A stretch of 64,000 nt of DNA from Candidatus Giovannonibacteria bacterium (GTDB taxonomy: Bacteria; Patescibacteriota; Minisyncoccia; UBA11713; 2-01-FULL-45-33): contig CP066687.1 in NCBI GenBank assembly GCA_016432405.1, forward strand, positions 283,040-347,039, written 5' to 3'. The first letter of the stretch is position 1; each line of letters opens with the position of its first letter. Made by a program: the position numbers and the translations under genes. Positions 37,523 to 45,277 of the stretch are shown piece after piece. The notes under the pieces are model-generated. The model searched no databases. It was not told the DNA's origin and saw nothing but the letters and a program-made list of their open reading frames with translations.

Positions 37523-39241
37523 GTGAACGACGAGCAGAAAGCCACGTATTTTGGGGAAACGAACTTCAGGAATCAGCTGAAGCGCTTTGGCATTAAAAAA
37601 ACCGACCGCCGGAAGCATATGTACATCATCGGCAAAACCGGCATGGGCAAAACCACGCTTCTGGAAAATATGGCCGTGCAGGACATTCAAAACGGCGAGG
37701 GGATGGCTTTTATAGACCCGCACGGAGATACCGCCGAACGGCTTTTGGATTTTGTGCCCAAAGAAAGAATTAACGATGTGATTTATTTTAATCCCTACGA
37801 TACTGCTTATCCAATCGGTTTCAACGTAATGGAAAACGTGGACCCGGAGCGAAGGCACTTGGTGTCCGACGGGCTTATGGGGGTTTTTAAAAAAATCTGG
37901 TCTGATGTCTGGTCTTCGCGCATGGAATATATTTTGGCAAACGCGATTTTGGCGCTTTTGGAATATCCCGAAGCCACGATTTTGGGGATAAACCAGATAC
38001 TGATAAACAAGGATTTTAGAAAAAAGGCGGTTGAGCACATAACCGACCCAGTAGTGAAGTCATTTTGGACGCAGGAATTTGCCAAATACACCGACCGTTA
38101 CGCCGCCGAAGCCACCCCGGCTATTCAGAACAAAGTCGGGCAGTTTGTTTCCAACCCTTTAATCAGAAACATCATCGGCCAGCCCAAATCCGCTTTTGAC
38201 ATAAGGCGCGCGATGGACGAAAAGAAAATTATTATCATCAACCTCTCCAAGGGAAAGGTGGGCGAGGATAATTCGCGGCTCATTGGCGCGATGCTGGTGA
38301 CAAAGCTTTACCTCGCCGCGATGAGCCGGGTGGATACCCCGGAGCCGGAACGCGCAGACTTCTTTTTATACGTAGATGAATTTCAAAATTTCGCTTCCGA
38401 GTCCTTCGCCAATATTTTGTCCGAGGCGCGAAAATACCGCCTGTCTTTGATTTTGACGCATCAATATGTCGCGCAGATGGATGAAAAAGTCAGGGACGCC
38501 GTTTTCGGGAACGTCGGAACAATAGCGACTTTCCGCGTTGGGGCGGAAGACGCCGAGATGCTGGAAAAAGAATTTTCACCTGAATTTTCCGCGCAGGACA
38601 TTGTAAATCTTGGATTCGCCCATATTTATTTGAAGCTTATGATAGACGGCGTCGCCTCGCGTCCGTTTTCGGCAATGACCCTCCCGCCGATACAAAAACA
38701 AGCCGAGTCCTTTAAGGAGCAGATTATAGAAGCGTCCAGAAAAAGTTACGGCGGCGTGAGAGAAGCGGTGGAGGAAAAAGTTAACAAGTGGATGGAGGAA
38801 ATCGGCGCGATGGAAACGGGCGCGGCCTCGGCCAGGGGGCGGCTGGCGAGAGAGCCGGTTGCTCCTCTGAAGCAGCCCACATCGCCGCTTTACGACGCAA
38901 TCTGCGCCGTTTGCGGAAAAAGGACGCAAGTTCCTTTTCCGCCAGACCCCACGCGCCCGGTATTTTGCAAAGAGCATATCGGGATGGCCGGAAGATTTAA
39001 AGAGTTGATGCGGCCGCGCCAGGCGCCTCCCAGACCAGCGAGAGGAGAATTTGTGGCAAAACAGCCATCTTTGCGCCCGCACACGGAACAGCCATTTAGA
39101 AAGCCGGAGAATCTCCAGGCCTTGCGCGAGGCGCTGAAAAAATCGTTAGACGCGCAAAAAAATAAGCCGGAACCGGAACCGGCGCCCAAAAATGAATCCG
39201 GCTCCGGAACTTTAAAGCCCGGAGAGAGGATTGAGTTATAG
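37523..39241 (+). CDS. P-loop ATPase of the VirD4/TraD/HerA-FtsK-like (DUF87/T4SS coupling-protein-like) class with a C-terminal Cys-rich tail
   Basis: Walker A IIGKTGMGKTTLL, Walker B FFLYVDEFQNF, downstream LILTHQY; tail CAVCGKRTQVPFPPDPTRPVFCKEH. Confidence 0.7.
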   Translation: MNDEQKATYFGETNFRNQLKRFGIKKTDRRKHMYIIGKTGMGKTTLLENMAVQDIQNGEGMAFIDPHGDTAERLLDFVPKERINDVIYFNPYDTAYPIGFNVMENVDPERRHLVSDGLMGVFKKIWSDVWSSRMEYILANAILALLEYPEATILGINQILINKDFRKKAVEHITDPVVKSFWTQEFAKYTDRYAAEATPAIQNKVGQFVSNPLIRNIIGQPKSAFDIRRAMDEKKIIIINLSKGKVGEDNSRLIGAMLVTKLYLAAMSRVDTPEPERADFFLYVDEFQNFASESFANILSEARKYRLSLILTHQYVAQMDEKVRDAVFGNVGTIATFRVGAEDAEMLEKEFSPEFSAQDIVNLGFAHIYLKLMIDGVASRPFSAMTLPPIQKQAESFKEQIIEASRKSYGGVREAVEEKVNKWMEEIGAMETGAASARGRLAREPVAPLKQPTSPLYDAICAVCGKRTQVPFPPDPTRPVFCKEHIGMAGRFKELMRPRQAPPRPARGEFVAKQPSLRPHTEQPFRKPENLQALREALKKSLDAQKNKPEPEPAPKNESGSGTLKPGERIEL

Positions 39242-39279
39242 TTTGACTTAACAAAATAAACCGATCGGACAAGTTTGTT

Positions 39280-39321
39280 AAATTACCAATTAATCCGCTA
39301 TAGCGGATTAATTGGTAATTT
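39280..39321. repeat. Perfect 42-bp palindrome (21-bp arms)
   Basis: aaattaccaattaatccgcta|tagcggattaattggtaattt; ccgatcggac motif 12 nt upstream (39261-39270). Confidence 0.9.
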
Positions 39322-39404
39322 GCTAAGAATTCTGATTTGAAAATTGGGCTCTGGACAAAAATACTATAGTATGCTAGGGTGTAGCTAGAAAAGGAGGGCG
39401 AGCA

Positions 39405-39914
39405 ATGATTGATATTGATAGAGAGCTTGTTGCATTCGTCGTTGAGGCGAAAAAGTATACCTATGCTGCAGCCGAAAGCAAGGAAGAGGTATTGCCAGAT
39501 GGCGGCAGGAAGCTGGTTTTTGAAGCGGACGGGTACATTTATGAAGACATTTACTGCGGCCTTTGCGAATTTTATGGAAGGGAGGTTGCTTATAAAAAAG
39601 ACATCGTCAACCCTCGCAAATGGGTTATGCAGTACTCCGGACTCATCCCGGCTGATCTTAAGCAGCTTGCAGATCCTAGAGAAATCTATGCGGATCTAAA
39701 AGCGGCTTTACGAGAAGTATACTTTGGATTGCCATTTAGGGGCCCGCGGCTTTTTACTGGAAAAAAGTTTGGTTACTTTATGGATGCTCATGGAGATCCA
39801 AACTTTTTCTGGGGACATGAATCTTTAAGAGGCCCCGTTTATGACTTTCGTCAGTCTTTTCGGGAAGAGCTAGTGTACTTCGGCGCCTTTCACGGCATGA
39901 TCCAGCAGGAATAA
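39405..39914 (+). CDS. Hypothetical protein
   Basis: aaaaggagggcgagcaATG SD; followed by terminator aaggcccccgcgggcctt+T (39925-39951). Confidence 0.5.
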   Translation: MIDIDRELVAFVVEAKKYTYAAAESKEEVLPDGGRKLVFEADGYIYEDIYCGLCEFYGREVAYKKDIVNPRKWVMQYSGLIPADLKQLADPREIYADLKAALREVYFGLPFRGPRLFTGKKFGYFMDAHGDPNFFWGHESLRGPVYDFRQSFREELVYFGAFHGMIQQE

Positions 39915-40020
39915 GAACAGAATAAGGCCCCCGCGGGCCTTATTATTTTTTCTCGGCGCGTTCCACGTATTCGCCGGCTTGCCCCGTTAGAAATTTTATT
40001 TCTAACGGGGTGAAAGGTGT

Positions 40021-40614
40021 TTACATTTTTTCAGCTCTCTCAACATACTCACCAGTCTGTGTATTCACTCTTATCACGTCGCCTTCGTTTATGAACATTG
40101 GCACGTTAAGCGTGAGGCCGTTTTCAAGTTTTACGGTTTTGGAGCCGCCGGTGGCGGTGTCGCCCTTGTAAGAAGGCGGAGCTTCCACAACTTTGTAATC
40201 CATTTTCACGGGCAATTCAATATTAATTATTTTGTCGCCGAATTTATACGCGAGGACTTCCGTGTTCGGTTTTAAAAATTTGGCTTGGTCGGCGATTGCA
40301 CCCTCTTTTAATTGAAAGCGGTTTTTTGGATTTCCTTTTTCGCAGAACCAAAATTCCCCGCCTGCCAGTTGGCGGGCAGGCTTGCGACTTGAATAAAGAA
40401 ATGTTATCGGCTGTTTTTCTATTTCGGCTTCCGAAAAGGAATCGCTTTGCTGGAATGATTTTGATACGATTTTGCCCGTAATCAGGTTTTTTAATTTGGT
40501 CTGTACGGTGGGCTTTCTTTGCTGCATGCGCAAAAAATTGTATTCCAAAACAAGGTATGGCTCGCCGTCCATTTCAAAAACAACCCCTTTGGTTAAATCG
40601 GTATATGAAAGCAT
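40021..40614 (-). CDS. efp: Elongation factor P (with a loop insertion)
   Basis: MLSYTDLTKG...KPTVQTKLKNLITGKI...; three-domain EF-P length; start at MLSYT. Confidence 0.85.
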   Translation of the reverse strand: MLSYTDLTKGVVFEMDGEPYLVLEYNFLRMQQRKPTVQTKLKNLITGKIVSKSFQQSDSFSEAEIEKQPITFLYSSRKPARQLAGGEFWFCEKGNPKNRFQLKEGAIADQAKFLKPNTEVLAYKFGDKIINIELPVKMDYKVVEAPPSYKGDTATGGSKTVKLENGLTLNVPMFINEGDVIRVNTQTGEYVERAEKM

Positions 40615-40639
40615 TGAAAAATAGTGTATATTATTTTCT

Positions 40640-42112
40640 ATGGAATGGCAAATTACGGTAGGCATGGAAGTTCACGCCGAGCTTCGGACCAAAGCGAAGA
40701 TGTTTTGCTCTTCCAAAAACGACCCTGACGAAAAGCATCCGAACATCAACGTTTGCCCGGTTTGCATGGGCCACCCCGGGACCTTACCTGTGATAAACGA
40801 GGAAGCGGTGAAATTGGTTCAGCAGGTTGGCTTGGCTTTGAAGGGAGAAGTCCAAAAATTTTCGCACTTTGACCGTAAAAATTATTTTTATCCGGACCTC
40901 CCGAAGGGATACCAGATTTCGCAATATAAACATCCGTTGGTTTTGGGCGGCGTTTTGAACGGCGTCAGAATCACACGCGCGCACTTAGAAGAAGACGCTG
41001 GCAAATTAATGCACGACCCCAATGGAAAATTCAGCTTAGTGGATTTTAACAGGGCCGGCGTGCCTTTAATGGAATTGGTCACGGAGCCGGATATAAAATC
41101 CGCTAAAGAAGCTAAAAAGTTTGCGGAGGAGCTGCAATTAGTCCTGCAATATCTCGGCGCCTCCGAAGCAAATATGGAAAAGGGAGAGATGAGGTGCGAG
41201 GCGAATGTTTCTGTTGCAAAGGCAACAAGATTGCTACTTGGCAACCCGGTTGCCAAGTCTGTTTTGGGAACTAAAGTTGAAGTGAAAAATCTCAATTCGT
41301 TTCGCGCGGTGGAGCGGGCGATTGAATACGAAGTCCAGCGCCAGATTGGACTTTTGGAGAGCGGTAAAAAAGTGGTGCAGGAGACACGGGGCTGGGATGA
41401 AAACAAAGAGGCGACTTTTTCCCAGCGCTCCAAGGAATCGGCGCACGATTACCGCTACTTCCCGGAGCCGGATTTGCCTCCGATGGAATTTTCGGATGAA
41501 TACATTGAGGCGCTCCGCGCGACGATTCCGGAGTTGCCCGCAGAGAAAAGAAAAAGATTTACGGAGGAATACGGAATAGTAACAAGCTCGGTTGAAACCT
41601 TGGTTAATGAGCGAGCTCTTGCGTCTTTTTGGGAGAAAGTTATTTCTGAATTAAAAGAATGGATGAAGGAAAAAGATTCTAAAAAGTTCTTTGAAGCTAT
41701 GAAAGTGGCGGTTAATTATTTTACCTCTGATTTTCTCGGGCTGATTAAAGAAAAAGAAATTCCGCCGGAAGAACTTTTAATTACTCCGGAAAATTTTGCG
41801 GAATTAATCAAAATGATTTATAAAAAAGAAATTACCTCGCGAATAGCCAAAGATGTTTTGCGGGTTATGATTGAGCAAGGAGGCGATCCATCAACCATCA
41901 TAGAATCCAAGGGGCTCAAGCAAGTAGGGGATGAAAAAGCATTGGAGGAAATTGCCAAAAAAATAATTTCCCAAAATCCGAAAGCAGTTGAAGATTTTAA
42001 GAAAGGCAAACAGCAGTCTCTCCAGTTTCTTGTTGGCCAAATAATGAAAGAAACTAAAGGCGCGGCAAATCCAGAACTGATAAAAAGCGTGTTGACAAGG
42101 ATAATCGGGTAG
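40640..42112 (+). CDS. gatB: Asp-tRNA(Asn)/Glu-tRNA(Gln) amidotransferase subunit B
   Basis: GMEVHAEL...KMFC, PVCMGHPGTLPV, YFYPDLPKGYQISQ signature motifs; C-terminal YqeY/GatB domain. Confidence 0.95.
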   Translation: MEWQITVGMEVHAELRTKAKMFCSSKNDPDEKHPNINVCPVCMGHPGTLPVINEEAVKLVQQVGLALKGEVQKFSHFDRKNYFYPDLPKGYQISQYKHPLVLGGVLNGVRITRAHLEEDAGKLMHDPNGKFSLVDFNRAGVPLMELVTEPDIKSAKEAKKFAEELQLVLQYLGASEANMEKGEMRCEANVSVAKATRLLLGNPVAKSVLGTKVEVKNLNSFRAVERAIEYEVQRQIGLLESGKKVVQETRGWDENKEATFSQRSKESAHDYRYFPEPDLPPMEFSDEYIEALRATIPELPAEKRKRFTEEYGIVTSSVETLVNERALASFWEKVISELKEWMKEKDSKKFFEAMKVAVNYFTSDFLGLIKEKEIPPEELLITPENFAELIKMIYKKEITSRIAKDVLRVMIEQGGDPSTIIESKGLKQVGDEKALEEIAKKIISQNPKAVEDFKKGKQQSLQFLVGQIMKETKGAANPELIKSVLTRIIG

Positions 42113-42119
42113 ATATACT
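42092..42119 (+). promoter_or_regulatory. Consensus-like promoter at the 3' end of gatB (TTGACA -16- TATACT)
   Basis: -35 42092-42097 (inside gatB), -10 42114-42119. Confidence 0.45.
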
Positions 42120-42125
42120 AGTAAA

Positions 42126-42350
42126 AGTGCTAGTGTGGTTCGATGGCCTGCGGTTGGCAAACGCAAAGTCCACGGAGATTCCCAGAGGGTACCGACCCAC
42201 CCATCCACAGAGGGCCTAGGCTAGATAGGTGGATGCTGAAAGCCGTAAAAAATCCGTGGCACCGTGGGGAGGGATGGGGACCAGCAGATGGAGGGATTAG
42301 CCCTTTGAAGTTTGCTGGAGCATCCCCATCCCTCCGTAAATATTTTTTTA
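42126..42350 (+). ncRNA. Candidate structured RNA (about 220 nt) ending in a 13-bp-stem intrinsic terminator shared with convergent miaA
   Basis: Nested helices: gtccacgga/atccgtgg, catccac/gtggatg, ccagca/tgctgg; terminator ggagggatgggga(42268-42280)/tccccatccctcc(42323-42335)+T-run. Confidence 0.4.
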
Positions 42351-43280
42351 AACTCTTTGTGCAATTTGCAAAGCTTCTTTTTCAGAGGGGATCCAGCGGA
42401 TCTCCTTATTTTTTTTAAACCAAGTCATCTGGCGTTTGGCGTAGTGCCAGGATTCGGTGAGAATGCTTTGCGCCATTTCGTTTTTTGTCAGTTTGCCACG
42501 CAGATAAAGCGACACATAACGATATTCCAGACCTAAATCGTGGAGGCGTTTCCAAGAAACTCCGCTTCGGTGGAGTTTTTTTGTTTCGCGGATAATGCCG
42601 GGCAGGCGCTTTAGAAGCCGCGAGCTGATTCGTTTTTTTAATTCCTCCGGTGGATGTTTGATACCAAGCCATACTATCGCCATTTTATTAATTTTGCTTT
42701 CCTCGCGACCGCCAAGCGGTCCTCGGGGTTGCGTGCTCGCAAAACCCGCAAAATCAACAAAATGTCGCTTTTTACTCCACAAAACAATCTCAATTACCCG
42801 AATCAGCCGCCGGGGATTTTTTTGTTCAATTGTTTTTGCGCGTTTCGGGTCAAGTTTTTTGAGCATTTTCAAAAGTTCCAGAGCAGATTTTTTGGAAAGC
42901 CGTTTGCGGAGTTTTAAATTTGGCGGCACCCCGCCCAATTTTATTCTGCCTAAAGCCGCGTCAATGTAAAAACCTGTCCCGCCGACTATTATCGGAGTTT
43001 TTCCGCGCGATAAAATATCAGCGATTGCGCGCTCCGCGCATTTTTTAAAATCCAGCGCTGTAAATACTTTTTTCGGATTGGCAATGCTCAAACAATAATG
43101 CGGCACCCTGCGCATTTCTCTTTTTGTGATTTTTCCGGAGCCGATGTCCAACCCTTTATAAACTTGCCGCGAATCCGCGGAGATAATTTCCCCATTTATT
43201 TTTTTGGAGAGCATAACCCCTAACTCCGATTTCCCCGAAGCATTTGGACCAACAATTATGATTAGTTTGCGTTTTTTCAT
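42348..43280 (-). CDS. miaA: tRNA dimethylallyltransferase
   Basis: P-loop IIIVGPNASGKSELGV, SADSRQVYKGLDIGSGK; start at MKKRKL. Confidence 0.9.
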   Translation of the reverse strand: MKKRKLIIIVGPNASGKSELGVMLSKKINGEIISADSRQVYKGLDIGSGKITKREMRRVPHYCLSIANPKKVFTALDFKKCAERAIADILSRGKTPIIVGGTGFYIDAALGRIKLGGVPPNLKLRKRLSKKSALELLKMLKKLDPKRAKTIEQKNPRRLIRVIEIVLWSKKRHFVDFAGFASTQPRGPLGGREESKINKMAIVWLGIKHPPEELKKRISSRLLKRLPGIIRETKKLHRSGVSWKRLHDLGLEYRYVSLYLRGKLTKNEMAQSILTESWHYAKRQMTWFKKNKEIRWIPSEKEALQIAQRV

Positions 43281-43315
43281 CACTTTTGCTAGTATTGAAT
43301 CAGGAGGATAGTTAT

Positions 43316-43684
43316 ATGTCAATTAAAAAATTTAAGGTTTTGAACATTCGCTATTTGCCGCTCGGCTTAAGCGATGCCGTAGGCCTGTCTGAATTGGTGC
43401 TGGATGCGCATACAAAAATTTCAACTAAGCGAAGATTTTTTAGGCAGGAACTCAACCACCCGAGGTACGGCCGCCAGCAGCTTGACTACTACCCAAGAGA
43501 ACGTACAGTCGTTGTTGAGTGCTTGGATGTGATCAGCTTCGTGGATGTTCTTGAGAAAACCGGCTTGGCAGGAGAGAAAAGGTGTGTTCCTCAAGCGATT
43601 TTTGAAGAAGCTCTCCGGCAGGCGGCTGTAGAAGAAGAGATTTGGCGCCAAGAACTTGGCGAATTCTGGAAAGCGCCGTCTTAG
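43316..43684 (+). CDS. Hypothetical protein
   Basis: caggaggatagttatATG SD; divergent from miaA. Confidence 0.4.
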   Translation: MSIKKFKVLNIRYLPLGLSDAVGLSELVLDAHTKISTKRRFFRQELNHPRYGRQQLDYYPRERTVVVECLDVISFVDVLEKTGLAGEKRCVPQAIFEEALRQAAVEEEIWRQELGEFWKAPS

Positions 43685-43737
43685 GCAGCTGGAGGACGGA
43701 CAAAGCTTTCGGCGGTCTTTAGAGGAGGCCGCTTTTT

Positions 43738-44922
43738 TTATTTTACCATTTTCAAAAATTCATCAAGAGTTTTTTCGCCCAAATTTCCTTTGCCGCGCTC
43801 GCGCACTGCTACTTTATTTTCTTTCATTTCTTTTTCGCCAATCACCAAAAGATAAGGGATGCGCTGGGTTTCAGCGTCCCTGATTTTTTTTGCGATGGTT
43901 TCATTCCGGCTATCCAGTTCAGCGCGAATGTTTTTTTCTTTAAGTTCTCTGTAAAACTTTTCAGCGTAATCTGAAACCTTATCATTTATTGTCAAAACTG
44001 CGACTTGAGTTGGGGACAGCCAAAATGGAAGCGCGCCGTCAAAGTGTTCCAGCAAAATTCCGATAAACCTTTCAAACGAGCCGAAAATCGCGCGGTGGAT
44101 GATAACCGGGCGCTGTGATTTGCCGTTTTCATCTGTATATTCCAGCTCAAATCTTTCCGGAAGCTGAAAATCCAGTTGCGCGGTGGCAATTGTCCAGACT
44201 CTTCCTTGGGAGTCTTTTATGTCGAAGTGAATTTTCGGCCCGTAAAACGCTCCTTCGCCTTTTAAAATATTATATTTTAACCCCAGTTCGCTTAAAGCCT
44301 CTCTCAATATTTTTTCAGCCTCATTCCATGTTTCTTGGCTGCCCATTGCTTTTTCCGGGCGGGTGGCCAGGCCGTAGTTTACTTTAAGGCCAAGACGTTT
44401 ATAAAACTCTTCAGTCATTTTAAGCACGCTCACAAGCTCTTCTTTGATTTGGTCAAATCGGCAATAAATATGCGCGTCATCCATTGTCATCTGCCTCACT
44501 CTTAAAAGGCCACCTAAAACGCCGGAGAGTTCGTTTCTGTGCAGCCGGCCGATTTCCGCAAGTCTCATGGGAAGATCGCGGTAGCTTCTGATTTTGGTTT
44601 GGTAAACCAAAGCGCTTTCCGGGCAGTTCATTGGTTTTAAGGAGTAGGTTTCGTTTTCCACGTCAAAATAAAACATATTTTCCTTAAAAAATTCCCAATG
44701 GCCGGACTGCTCAAAAAGTTTTTTCTTGACCATGATCGGCGTTGAAATTTCAGCATAGTTGTGGTCATCCTGGAGCTTGCGGATATATTTCTCAAGTTCT
44801 TTTACTATAATCATCCCCTTGGGATGCCAAAAAGGCGCCCCGGGCGCGATTTCATGAAACGAAAATAAATCCATCTCCCGCCCCAAATCCCGGTGGTCTC
44901 TGTGCTTCTTGCTTTCCGGCAT
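43738..44922 (-). CDS. thrS: Threonine--tRNA ligase, catalytic core + anticodon-binding domain only (no TGS or N2 editing domains)
   Basis: Aligns to E. coli ThrRS from about residue 240 (HRDLGREMDLF.., class II motifs FRAMVRVRQMTMDDAHIY, GEGAFYGPKIHF, anticodon-binding C-terminus); 394 aa vs about 640. Confidence 0.9.
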   Translation of the reverse strand: MPESKKHRDHRDLGREMDLFSFHEIAPGAPFWHPKGMIIVKELEKYIRKLQDDHNYAEISTPIMVKKKLFEQSGHWEFFKENMFYFDVENETYSLKPMNCPESALVYQTKIRSYRDLPMRLAEIGRLHRNELSGVLGGLLRVRQMTMDDAHIYCRFDQIKEELVSVLKMTEEFYKRLGLKVNYGLATRPEKAMGSQETWNEAEKILREALSELGLKYNILKGEGAFYGPKIHFDIKDSQGRVWTIATAQLDFQLPERFELEYTDENGKSQRPVIIHRAIFGSFERFIGILLEHFDGALPFWLSPTQVAVLTINDKVSDYAEKFYRELKEKNIRAELDSRNETIAKKIRDAETQRIPYLLVIGEKEMKENKVAVRERGKGNLGEKTLDEFLKMVK

Positions 44923-44967
44923 GCTTTTATGCTAACATTTTTTAAGATTTTGAGGAAGGAGAAAACA

Positions 44968-45261
44968 ATGGCACAAATCGGAAGAGTGATTGGATATTCT
45001 GACGAAGTCCCCGAATACGCCAAAGCCATAGTCATTGATGGTTTAGGAAACTTATCGCGATTCCGCCCGGGCGCTTCTATGCGCATCGGGGGGAAAGCCA
45101 TAGTAGAACTTACCGAAGAATCTGTTCTTAAAAATCTTAAAAAAACCAAAGACGACCTGGTGCTCATTGAAGATTTTTACGACGGCTCTGCGGTGATCGC
45201 GTTCGCAAAACTCGGCAAAATTTCAGAGATTAAACTAAATGATGCCATTGAAACCATCTAG
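44968..45261 (+). CDS. Hypothetical small protein
   Basis: gaggaaggagaaaacaATG SD; MAQIGRVIGYSDEVPEYAKAIVIDG... Confidence 0.4.
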   Translation: MAQIGRVIGYSDEVPEYAKAIVIDGLGNLSRFRPGASMRIGGKAIVELTEESVLKNLKKTKDDLVLIEDFYDGSAVIAFAKLGKISEIKLNDAIETI

Positions 45262-45277
45262 CCCCACCCAGGGGCTT

